From Chiloscyllium plagiosum (taxonomy: Eukaryota), in contig NC_057752.1 of NCBI RefSeq assembly GCF_004010195.1, positions 13,840,011 through 13,873,956 of the forward strand: 33,946 bases of DNA. The letters run 5' to 3'. This document shows positions 23,610 through 33,734 of the stretch, piece by piece. The position numbers and the translations under genes are program-made. Positions within the stretch are counted from its first letter, which is position 1. Each line of letters begins with the position of its first letter. The notes under the pieces were generated by a model. The model ran no database searches and had not been told where the DNA came from. It worked only from the letters and a program-made list of their open reading frames with translations.

Positions 23610-24419
23610 AAAAACAAAATCACGGGACTATATGTACAGCATACATTTTCGTGACAACTTATTAGAATTGTTACTTTCTGAGATACTGACATTTTGCCTG
23701 CAACCCTTCCTCCCCATTTCTGACTATGCTGAATCACTGTGTGGTTTACTGTACCGTCCTCCCAGCACAAGAATAGTTAGCCATAAAAATATTGGATAAA
23801 GGCTTTGCAGGGACAACTAGCTTGGCGCTAAATTGGTACGCAGGTACCTACTGTCTCCGAAGGGTGGTTAAAGAATACCTGAGGAAAAGAAAACGTTCTT
23901 TTTTGTTGGTTCATCTTGCCACCAGGCTGTGAGGTCAACTTGCATTGTGTCACCCTTTGTGTTGTCTCCTGTCTCACATCAGAGTTGGGTTTAACCCCTT
24001 GCGTGCCCCGTGAGCCTCTTGCCCAACTGCGTGCTTGGAGGTGCCATCTTTGTTTGGCCTCTTCGTGCCGGAAGTTTCCACAGAGAGGGTTTGTGTAGAA
24101 AAGTGGGACTTGGTTGCAAAAGCAAAATGTTACGGGATGTTGGGAATCGGGAATATGGATGCTAAAAGGTGTGGGAGGATGGAAGCAAAAAGGGTCAGGG
24201 TTCCTGACTGCTCACCGTTTAGCCTGTCTTTTGGGTTTTGGGTGAGCGTAAGAAAATACAGACTCTCTGCAGGCAAGGTTAGCACACACTATGACTTACC
24301 TACCAGACTTTGAGTGGACCAGACGGCCTTGTTCCAAGTGATGAGATGCTGCTATGCCCCATGATTGCAGGCCAGGGCTGGCAGGGGGTTAACAGGGAAG
24401 GAGTTCAATGCTTTCAGCA

Positions 24420-25505
24420 GTGGCGCAGGTGACTTATTTTCTCTTCTCGTCCGTGTGTAAGGATACTAGTGAGAGAGGTCCTGTCTAGTTGATGGTCATG
24501 TATCCTGGTGGCTTGTTTTCTGCCTGTTTGCCCAATGTAGTGTTTGTTACAGTCATAGAGTTGTAGAGATGTACAGCATGGAAACAGACCCTTCGGTTCA
24601 ACCCCTCCGTGCCGACCAGATATCCCAACCCAATCTAGTCCCACCTGCCAGCACCCGGCCCATATCCTCTGGCAGCTCATTCCATACACGTACCACCCTC
24701 TGCATGAAAACGTTGCCCCTTAGGTCTCTTTTATATCACCCTAAACCTATGCCCTTGAGTTCTGGACTCCCTGACCCCAGGGAAAAGACTTTGTCTATTT
24801 ATCCTATCCGTGCCCCTCATGATTTTATAAACCTCTATAAGGTCACCCCTCAACCTCCAATGTTCCAGGGTTAACAGCCCCAGCCTGTTCAGCCTCTCCC
24901 TGTAGCTCAAATCCTCCAACCCTGGCAACATCCTTGTAAATCTTTTCTGAACCCTTTCCAGTTTCACAACATCTTTCCGATAGGAAGGAGACCAGAATTG
25001 CACGCAATATTCCAACAGTGGCCTACCTTGTAAGGTATTTTGTAAATGACATTAGTTTTGCTTGTTGCCTGTATAGGGTCTTAAGTTCATTTAGCTGCTC
25101 TTTTTAGTGTGTTTGTGGGCTACTATGATACCAAGGAGTCTTGAGTAGTCTGGCAGTCATTTCCGAGATGCCTTTGATGTAGGGGAGAGGTGGCTCGGGT
25201 TTCTGGGTGCGTTCTGTCTGCTTGTTGGGGTTTGTTGCTGAAAAATTGGCAGACTTTGTTCATTGGGTTGCCTGTTCTTTTTGAATATGCTGTATAGGTG
25301 ATTTTCCGCTGCTCTGCGTAGTTAACATCACCAACCCAAGGAAACCTAAACTCATAAATGGAAAGTGGGCCATGCCACCAGTGCTTCATCCAGAGGCACA
25401 CTGAAGATGTTACCTAGTATGGTGACGAAACGACTGAAAATGAACCTTCCAGCTCAGTGAGCAAACCTGCATCCAGGACCTCCACCTGAGCTACAAATCT
25501 TCTCG
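24420..25505 (-). mobile_element. Penelope-like element remnant (GIY-YIG endonuclease region) with an inverted pLTR piece at ~25325-25505
   Basis: KTNVIYKIP (above 25026) joins DCNKHYIGQTGRKQATRIHDHQL (below 24555), giving the GIY..YIG motif; plus-strand hammerhead-like CTGAAGA-t-gttacc..ggtgac-GAAACGAC at 25401-25434. Confidence 0.85.
24555..25025 (-). mobile_element. CR1 LINE 3' fragment inserted into the PLE GIY-YIG motif
   Basis: EYCVQFWSPSYRKDVVKLERVQKRFTRMLPGLEDLSYRERLNRLGL..LRGDLIEVYKIMRG. Confidence 0.92.
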
Positions 25506-25589
25506 TAATGTGATTTTAGACACAAGGGTGGTTGTTGGGGTGGGGCAGGGGTGGGGTTGGTACAAAGCTGGATTAAACAAAGGACCTTC

Positions 25590-25850
25590 TTGTGGCGCAA
25601 CAGTAGTGTCCCAACTTCTGGGCTGGGAGGCCCAGGTTCAAGTCTCGCCTGCTCCAGAGGTGCGTCATTACATCGCCGAATCGGTCGATTTGGAAAAAGC
25701 TCTGTTTACGCTGGGAACTGAAAAACAAAGTTTAACTCTACCCTCTAATGGATGCAGTGGTGTCCCTATCTCTGAGCCTGGAAGGCCCAGGCTCAAGATC
25801 CAGGGGTGTGTCGTAACCTCTCCGAACAGGTTGGTTCGGAAAATAGGTTA
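25590..25850 (+). mobile_element. Two adjacent short tRNA-head SINE-like units (~25590-25700, ~25750-25850)
   Basis: Both read cagt.gtgtccc.a...ctg.gc.gg.aggcccagg.tcaag..ccag.ggtg.gtc.t.ac.tc.ccgaa..ggt. Confidence 0.55.
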
Positions 25851-26157
25851 AATGATTTTTTTTTTTTAAAACAAAAAAAGATTTAAACCGAGCTGTCAGT
25901 ATGGCCAATGGCTTGTGAATAACAGGGGCTGAAAATGCCCCAACGGCTTTTGGGTTGAGAATATCTTGATACTTTTTTGCCTCTTCCATACAGCAGAAGA
26001 TACAAGAGTGTACGGACAATTTTAAGAACCAGTTTCGTCCGCAGTTATTTGACTTCTGAACTGACCTCTCAAGATATTAGAGTTGATCTTTCTTGGCACT
26101 TTGGCTGTAACCCTATATGCTACCTTCTGATCTGTTGCCTGATGTCATTATGAAATG

Positions 26158-26290
26158 ATGTGGAGAGCTGGGGTGGACAAAATTGAAAATCTCTCCAACA
26201 CCCAGATTACAGTCCAACAGCTTCATTTGGAATCGTGAGCTTTGAGCTGTTGGACTATAACCTGGTGTTTGTGAGTGTTTTATTTTGTAT
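26158..26290. mobile_element. Internally deleted fold-back PLE derivative
   Basis: aacacccagattacagtccaacagct / agctgttggactataacctggtgtt inverted arms; same family as 7961-8148 and 30036-30273. Confidence 0.65.
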
Positions 26291-27139
26291 TTTTAAACTT
26301 ACGCAAGGTATAGTTTGTCTGGTTAGCACATAGTACAATACTTTGCACCGTATCTAGGTACACGTGACATTAATAAACCAAATCAGATCAAAAAGTGTGG
26401 AAATGTAATTGTGGGGAGGGGGGGGGGTGAAGAGCAGAAGATTGATGCTTGACTGGCGGTGTGTGCTCATTGTTCTCTCTGTGACCTCTCGAGAAGTTTG
26501 CTTGAGGCCGTTGGAGTTTAAGAGCTGTAAACAGGATTAAGCAAGTGATAGGGATCCAGCGCTGTGGAACAATCGAGGTCCTGTTTTGGATGCGTCTCCC
26601 TAGACATCACTCCCAAACTGCCTAGACACATTGACTGAAAGCCAGAAGGTGATCACAAACTGTTTTGTGGTGGTTTTGAAAAACATTCTTGCCCTCTGTC
26701 AACTCCCCTCTGTGCTGCTTGGCCTACTCTTGTCCTCCAGTCTCTGCATTCTTGCTAATTCCGGCCTCCCTGGAGCATCACTCGCTTTGTCTTCACTGCT
26801 TTCAGCTTCCTGGATTCCAAGTTCTGGAATTCCCTCCCAAATGCTTTCCATGCAAAACACAAGTTTTTGCTGTGCCTACGTACATGTGCCAGTAATAATT
26901 TTTTTTAAAAAAAAATCCATCTTTTAGAAAATTTGAGATGCTTATGAAATCTGCCCCCTGGATCAAAGGTTTGATCCCCAGTCTTTAATATGCCTCTATC
27001 TATTTTGTTTAAACCTTGGGAGGGTGGGGTGGAGGTTACATTTTTTTCTTAATATCCTGGAACAGCTATGAAATGTGAATTCAGTGTGTCATGGGAGGAA
27101 TTTCTGGCTCCAAATTTCCCCTGTTTCCAGGATATTACT

Positions 27140-27612
27140 CAGTTGGATGGGCTTCAGAAGAGATTTTACCAGGATGCTGCCAGTAACAGAGGGTTTGAGA
27201 GGCTGAGACTTTTTTCACTGGAGCACAGGAGGCTGAGGAATGACCGTCTCAAAGCTTTATAAAATAATGAGAGGTATAGATCAAGTTAATGGGAGCTGTT
27301 TTTTTTCCCTAGGATGGTGGATTTTGAGACTAGGGGGCACGTTTTTAAGGTGAGAGGAGAGAGATTTTAAAAAAGACATGAGGCATTTTTTTTTTACACA
27401 GAATGGTTTGCGTGTGGAATGAACTTCCTGAGGAAGTGGTGGATGTGGGGGCAGTTACAATGTTTAAAAGGCATTTGGATAAGGACATGAATAGGAACGG
27501 TTTGGAGGGATATGGGCCAGGAGCAGGCAGGGTGGGACTAGTTTAGCTTGGGATTAGGGTCGGCATGGACTGGTTATAACAAAGGGTCTGTTTCCGTGCT
27601 GTATGACTCTAA
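27140..27612 (+). mobile_element. CR1 LINE 3' fragment
   Basis: cagaagagattttaccaggatgctgcc..ggagcacaggaggctgagg..ggtctgtttccgtgctgtatgactcta. Confidence 0.85.
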
Positions 27613-28559
27613 GTTGAAGATGGGGCTTTGTACCTCTTCCACTTCACTATTTTGCAACCTCTAACTCCCTTTTTGAATTTTATTTTTCTTGTCCCTGCTT
27701 GCATATCCGTGTTGCAGGATTCTTGCTTTTTACTGGGCTACAATGTGTCACCCAGTATTCTGAGGACGTGGCTATATTAAGACTGTGTGTGAGATCAGTG
27801 TTGATTAGTGAGACAGTTACAAATGAGCCCGTGCACACTCTCAATCCTTATCGCTCAGGCAACTAGGGATGAAGCAGCTTGCTCTTATCACATATCTAAC
27901 ATTCTCCTGCCCACACAAGGGTGATGAAATCAGCATGACATTGGACGTGGAGTGGAAAATCTAGCTAACACCAAATCTGCATCTGCCCCTTAGGGCATCC
28001 GATGAGCCATAAACCAGTTTCCCTTTTTGTGCAAGTCTCAATTTTTTTTTTTTTTTGTCTGACTTTTATTTTTGCTAGTGTTTGCTTTGGCTGCTTGTCC
28101 AATTTTGCGTGTGCAGTCTTCAGCTGCTTTCTCCTGTCTCGAATCTTGTTATGTTAACGTTTTGTCTCTGAGTGAGAATTTGTTGGGAGGAACCAGCATG
28201 AGAAATGAACACAGCATGTTACAGCGCTGTACAGGCCCTTCGGCCCTCGATCTTGCGCTGACCTGTGGAACCAATCTGAAGCCCACCTAACCTACACTAT
28301 TCCATTCCCATCCATATGTCTATCCAATGACCATTTAAATGCCCTGAAAGTTGGCGAGTCGACAACTGTTGCAGGCAGTATGATTTCTGCTTCTTGGTTT
28401 TAAAATTTATTTGTGGACGACTCACTTTACTGGTTTCACCAAAAAAAAAATCGCAGTTGGCATGCTCTTGATTTGTGAATAGTATTTGTGTGCAAGGTTC
28501 AGTGCCTTTTTTATCCACTGAGCTATTCCTCCACATGCAAGGTGACCCCTGATATGAGG

Positions 28560-28769
28560 AGAAAGTGAGGTCTGCAGACGCTGGAGATCAAAGCTGAAAC
28601 TTTATTGCTGGAACAGCACAGCAGGTCAGGCAGCATCTAGGGAACAGAAGATTCGACGTTTCGGGCACATGCCCTTCTTCAGGATTCCTGAAGAAGGGCA
28701 TGTGCCCGAAACGTCGAATCTTCTGTTCCCTAGATGCTGCCTGACCTGCTGTGCTGTTCCAGCAATAAA
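28560..28769. mobile_element. Young fold-back PLE-derived insertion: perfect 86-bp inverted repeat and 18-bp TSD
   Basis: 28599-28684 is the exact reverse complement of 28686-28771; TSD gtgac[c/t]cctgatatgagg at 28542-28559 and 28770-28787. Confidence 0.9.
28683..28720 (+). ncRNA. Minimal type I hammerhead ribozyme (predicted cleavage after C28715); mirror copy on the minus strand
   Basis: Stem I gattc/gaatc, core CTGAAGA, stem II gggc-atgt-gccc, GAAA, palindromic ACGT stem III, GUC cleavage triplet. Confidence 0.75.
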
Positions 28770-28905
28770 GTGACTCCTGATATGAGGCTTGGTTTACATA
28801 GGCTTAGCCTTTAAGGATTGTGTTTTGTGTGTGTGTGTGCATGCCTGAGTGGAGACTACAAAGGTATTGTACACCACCTTGCCTCTGATCACCTGAAGCA
28901 CCGTT

Positions 28906-29400
28906 CTCTCACGCTCACTGCACAACACCCAGGTTACGATCCAACAGGCTTATTTGGGAGTGGTGCTGCTTCAGGTAACTGTGTGGCAAAGGATCATAAG
29001 ACACAGAATTTATTGCAAATTATTAGAGTCCTGCGACTGAAGCGATATATTGAACAAACCTAGATTGCTGTTAAGTCTTTCATCTTTGAGAATGGGCTGT
29101 TGGTTTCTGTTTGTTCATATGTAAATCCCAGAACATTGCTCAAGTCACATTCTCAAGAAAACCTTCAGGTTTTCTCTGTGATTGTTTGCTATAAATTCTG
29201 TGTCTTATGATCCTGCTCCACAGCTACCTGATGAAGGAGCAGCGCTCCGAAATAAGCCTGTTGGATCGTAACCTGGGTGTTGTGCAGTGAGCGTGAGAGT
29301 ACATTGCTTCCAAAGAAACTTGTTGTACTATAACCTGGTGTTGTGACTTTTTTTAATAAGCCTTTTTCCTCCCCAGTCCAACACCAGCTCTTCCACATCA
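28906..29400. mobile_element. PLE-derived element with long inverted arms and a partial hammerhead (29228-29252)
   Basis: Perfect 50-bp IR 28906-28955 / 29250-29299; inner imperfect IR 28971-29019 / 29185-29231; pLTR tail to ~29400. Confidence 0.8.
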
Positions 29401-30035
29401 TGGCTAACAGCAGCAGGTTCCCCATAACTGCCTACTGGCTTCGTGGTCGCCCAGATGCTAATGTCTGCCAGGAATGTAATGCTTGGAAATAACGGTTGTT
29501 GTAATTGCAATGACAAAAAACACCGGTGTGGAAAGGCTTCTGACTCAGACCCACGACCTGAGCTGTGGCCTTCTGCCTTAGTCAAGTACAAACCCATTGG
29601 AGCACCAGTTTCTGAGCCCTGATGCAGCCCCTGTCCCAAGCTCTTGGTGTAATAAGTATCTGTGGATCCTTCAATACAATGACATCTGGTCCCAGTTTCT
29701 TGTTATAGGAATAATGTAATCAGTGCCATTTCAGGTAAAACACCCTGCTGGATGCTAATTTGCACCAATTAGCCAAAAAAAATCCAAAAATGAGAAGGTC
29801 TTGGAGTGTTGCTGAACAAAGAGACCTTGGAGTGCAGGTTCACAGCTCCTTGAAAGTGGAGTCACAGGTAGATAGGATAGTGAAGAAGGCGTTTGGTATG
29901 CTTTCCTTTATTGGTCAGAGTATTGAGTACAGGAGTTGGGAGGTCATGTTGCGGCTGTACAGGCCTCTGTCCAATTTTGGGTCTCCCTGCTGTCGGAAGG
30001 ATGTTGTGAAACTTGAAAAGATTTACAAGGATGTT

Positions 30036-30273
30036 TTGGAGATGCCGGTGTTGGACTGGGGTGTACAAAGTTTAAAAATCTCAACACCAGGTTATAGTCC
30101 AACTGGTTTAATTGGAACCACTAGCTTTCAGAGCGTTGCTCCTTCATCAGGTGGTAGTGGATAGGATTGAGCCCTCCATTACCCCCGATGAAGGAGCGTC
30201 ACTCTGAAAGCTAGTGCTTCCAATTAAACCTGTTGGACTATAACCTGGTGTTGTACACAAGTTAAAAATCTCT
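30036..30273. mobile_element. Fold-back PLE insertion with 10-bp TSD
   Basis: TSD caag[g/a]atgtt at 30026-30035 and 30274-30283; inverted arms caacaccaggttatagtccaac..ctagctttcagag / ctctgaaagctag..gttggactataacctggtgttg. Confidence 0.82.
30117..30155 (-). ncRNA. Minimal type I hammerhead ribozyme (CUA triplet)
   Basis: Minus strand accac-CTGATGA-a-ggagc aac gctct-GAAA-GCTA-gtggt: 5-bp stem I, stem II with one GU pair, palindromic AGCT stem III. Confidence 0.7.
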
Positions 30274-30714
30274 CAAGAATGTTGCCAGGGTTGGAGAGTT
30301 TGAGCTCAACTAGCTGGGGCTGTTTTCCCTGGAGTGATGGAGGCTGAGGGGTGACCTTTATAGAGAGGTTTATAAAATCATGAAGGGCATGGGTCAGGTA
30401 AATAGGCAAAGTCTTTTTTTTCCACCCCCAGGGTGGGAGAGTCCAGAGGTTAGCGGGCATAGGTTTGAGGGGAAAGATTTAAAAGGGGCCTGAAGGGCAA
30501 ATCTTTCACTCGGGGTGGTACGTGTATGGAATGAGCTGCCAGAGGAAGTGGTGGAGGCTGGTACAATTACAACATTTTTAAAAGGTATATGAATAGGAAG
30601 GGTTTAGAGGGATATGGGCCAAGTGCTGGCAAATGGGACTAGATTAATTTAGGATATCTGGTTGGCATGGGTGAGTTGGACCGAAGGGTCTGTTTCCGTG
30701 CTGTACAGCTGACT

Positions 30715-30885
30715 TTGCAGGTTAGGTGGATTGGTCATTGTTGAATTGCCCCATAACGTTCCGGGATGTGCGGCTAGGTGGAGTAGCCATGGTAAATCCA
30801 GGGTTATGGGGATGGGTATGGGTGAGTTGCTCTTTGTAGGGTTGGTGTGGACTCTATGGGCTGAATGGTCTGCTTCCGCATGGTA
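30715..30885 (+). mobile_element. HE1-like SINE 3' half
   Basis: gcaggttaggtggattggtcat..aattgccc..ggttggtgtggactctatgggctgaatgg. Confidence 0.7.
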
Positions 30886-30889
30886 GGGA

Positions 30890-31260
30890 TTCTGTATCTG
30901 CTGCCCTTGTCCTTCTCGATGGAAGTGGTCGTGGGTTGGAAGGTGCTGCCCTGAGGATCTTTAAAATTCTGCAGTGCGTCTTGTAGATGGTACACAGAGT
31001 GGCAGTGGGGGAGGGAGTGGATGTGGTGTCAATCAAGTGGGCTGCTTTGTCCTGGATCATGCCAAGCTTCTTGCCTGGATGGGGGTAGCTCCACCAACAC
31101 TTGAGTGGGGAGTATTCCATCACACTCCTGACTTGTGCCTTGTCGATGGTGGGACAGGCTCTGGGGAGTTACTTGCTGCAGGATTCCTTTTGTAGCCAAC
31201 CGGATGAGTTGAGTTTCTGGTCAGTGGTAACCCCCAGGGTGTTGATAAATGGGGGATTCA
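30890..31260 (-). mobile_element. Decayed CR1/L2-superfamily LINE RT C-terminal fragment
   Basis: MEYSPL..W...KKLGMIQDKAAHLI pattern. Confidence 0.6.
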
Positions 31261-31797
31261 GCTAAGGTCTCTAAGTGCTAGCCTTGCTCATAATACCCAC
31301 ATCCGATGACTGACTGACAGCATATTGGCAACTGTTTAGTTTTTTCAATGTGCAAATCATGAAGAATGGCTGTGCTGCTGAGGTAGCTACTAGCAACCAG
31401 TGAGTGCCATGTTCTCTGGCAGTAGTTGGCACCAACTGCAGCAGTATGGGAAGGGAGGGTGAGCACATTACACACCTAATATTAGAGGAGGAAACTCTGG
31501 CATCTCCCACACTTTCAGCAGGTGGCTCACTGGCAGTAGTGGTTGCTATGGCAGAGGGGACCTGGAAACAGCTAAACTTTTCACAAGGTTATCATTAACA
31601 TCTTGTACATTACCCTAGTTGGCTTTCTTTTTACTGTCATTTTAAAAAGTAGACACTTCAAAGTAAGGCTTGGAAATTCTATTTGCAGGCCGGTTACTCG
31701 CCCAACACCAACCGCGGTGGGATGTAGGCCCTTCAGCCCAACTAGTCTAAACTAGCATTTGAGCTCTTCCTGGGCCGTTTTCCAGGTGCCTTCATCA

Positions 31798-32104
31798 TGG
31801 CATGGTGGCTCAGTGGTTCGCACTGTTGCCTCAAGCGCCAGGGACCTGGGTTCGATTCCAGCCTCGGCTGACTGTCTGTGTAGAGTTTGCATATTCTCCC
31901 CGTGTCTGCGTGGGTTTCCTCCGGGTGCTCTGGTTTCCTCCCACAGTCCAAAGATGTGCAAGTTAGGTAAATTGGCCATGCTGAATTGCCCATAGGGTTA
32001 GGTGCATTAGTCAGGTGGGAATTGGGTTTGGGTGGGTTACTCTTCGGAGGGTTGGTGTGGACTTGTTGGGCCGAAGGGCCTGTTTCCACACTGTAAGGGA
32101 TCTA
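31798..32104 (+). mobile_element. Full-length HE1 SINE
   Basis: Head ggcatggtggctcagtggtt..gggttcgattcc, core and tail as in 6213-6539. Confidence 0.9.
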
Positions 32105-32199
32105 GTCAAATGCACCAACGTGTCCTTCTCTTCCTTTTCCCTCTTGTGGCCTTTTAGCTTCCCATTTTAAATGTATCTATATTCTCCTTCATCAGTAGG

Positions 32200-32535
32200 A
32201 GATGGCAGCGCAGTGGTATTGCGACTGGGCTACTAATCTACAGGCCCAGGTTCAGGATCTGGGTTCAAATCCCACGACAGCAGCTGGACTATTAAAACCT
32301 GGAATAATAAACTAGTCCTCTGTCGAATGGTCACCGTTCCTATCAGACTAGTGTAAAATCCCATCTGGTTCACCAAGGTCTGCTATTTGTATCCAGCCAG
32401 TGTTGTATGTGACTCCAGACCCGCAGCAATATGGTTGATTCTTAACTGCCCTCTGAAATGAGTGAGCAAGACGTGGTCTTGGGTGTTTAGGGACAGGCAA
32501 TAAATTCTGGCATTGCCTCAGCCAAACCCCATGTA
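32200..32535 (+). mobile_element. Second-family SINE copy
   Basis: ggcagcgcagtggtattgcgactggg..gggttcaaatcccac..gtgactccagacccgcagcaatatggttgattcttaactgccctctgaaatg. Confidence 0.75.
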
Positions 32536-32889
32536 AGAATAACAAAATTAGACTAATTGTGGCTTGCTGATTTACTTCCATGCCAACTTCTGTTTTGTAC
32601 ATAACTGAGAAATGAAAGTATTCAAACTGGGAACAAACCTTTTTTTTTTTCTTTTCTGTTTCGAATGCAGTATTGATTTTTTTTCTTCTTCTCTTCCCAG
32701 CTGCTCACTGCAGTGCCCTGAAGGCAAATCAGCATGATACAAAGATCAGTTAGTGTTTACCACACCCATTCTAGTGCCCATGATATTACAGCAAACGCAG
32801 AATTCAACGAAGGAGATCCCTCATCACTGTTGTGCCAACTTAGACCAGACAGTATTCTGAACTCCAACCCCCCCCGCCTTCTATTTTGT

Positions 32890-33160
32890 AGATGGAGTTG
32901 GTCATGCAGCACGGAAACAGACCCTTCGGCCCAACTAGTCCATGCTGCCCATAATCCCAAACTAACCTAGCCCCACATGCCTGCCCTCCAAACCTTTCCT
33001 ATTCATGTACTTATCCAAATGTCTTTTAAACATTGTAACTGCTGGCTCAAACCTTTCCTATTGATGTACTTATCCAAATGTCTTTTAAACATTGTAACTG
33101 TATCCACATCCACCACTTCCTCAGGAAGTTCATTCCACACGTGAACCACTGTCCTGTGTT
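32890..33160 (-). mobile_element. CR1 3' end with a 53-bp tandem duplication (32989-33041 / 33048-33100)
   Basis: Same family as 18660-18995; duplicated caaacctttcctatt.atgtacttatccaaatgtcttttaaacattgtaactg. Confidence 0.8.
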
Positions 33161-33214
33161 TTAAAAAAAAAACAAAGATTTTATTTGTAAACTGGAATCT
33201 GAAATTTTAGTTGG

Positions 33215-33730
33215 GCTAAAGAGGGAAGATGAGAGGTGAGAATGACTCCCCTTTAGTCTGCAGAGGGATATAGATAAATTGAGTGGCAGTAGAAATAAAA
33301 CGTGGGAAAATGTGAGGTTATTTACTTTGGCAGGAAGAGTAGAGGAGCTGAATATTATTTTAATGGAGCAAGACTGCAGAAAGCTACAGAACACGAATTT
33401 GGGAATCCTTGTCTGTGAATCAGAGGTCATTAGAGAAGGCAAATGAAATGTTGGCCTTTATTCCAAAGGGAATGGAGTATAGAAATGGGGAGGATTTTGC
33501 TAAAACTATACAAGGCACCGATCAGACCACAGCGGGAATACTGTGAACAGGTTTGGGTCCCTTTATCTGAGGAAAGACAGATTGACATTGGAGGCAGCCC
33601 AGAGAAGGTCCACTCGGCTGATCCCGGGTATGGAGGGACTGTCCCATGAGGAGAGGTTGAGGAGGTTGGGCCTGGACTCCTTGGGGTTTAGAAGAATGAG
33701 AGGTGACCTTTTATTGAAACATCCAAGATT
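33215..33730 (+). mobile_element. CR1 LINE ORF2 fragment
   Basis: LLKLYKAPIRPQREYCEQVW; LRKDRLTLEAAQRRSTRLIPGMEGLSHEERLRRLGL. Confidence 0.88.
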
Positions 33731-33734
33731 GGGT

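Larger units (their letters stand above)
29800..30710 (+). mobile_element. CR1 LINE 3' fragment interrupted by a PLE fold-back
   Basis: EQRDLGVQVHSSLKVESQVDRIVKKAFGMLSFIGQSIEYRSWEVMLRLY; 3' UTR to ~30710. Confidence 0.9.

Noticed and set aside
23848..23895. Minus-strand acceptor ttttcttttcctcAG as a receptor 5' exon
   Set aside because: No convincing donor or signal-peptide frame; the signal alone is insufficient
26631..26927. Hydrophobic ORF resembling a signal peptide or TM segment
   Set aside because: On the plus strand (opposite to the receptor), pyrimidine-rich, and resembles a decayed LINE 3' end like 7460-7700
32734..32970. ORF MIQRSVSVY.., faintly like the fidgetin N-terminus
   Set aside because: Only a few residues match, there is no donor at the expected position, and the ORF runs into a CR1 repeat
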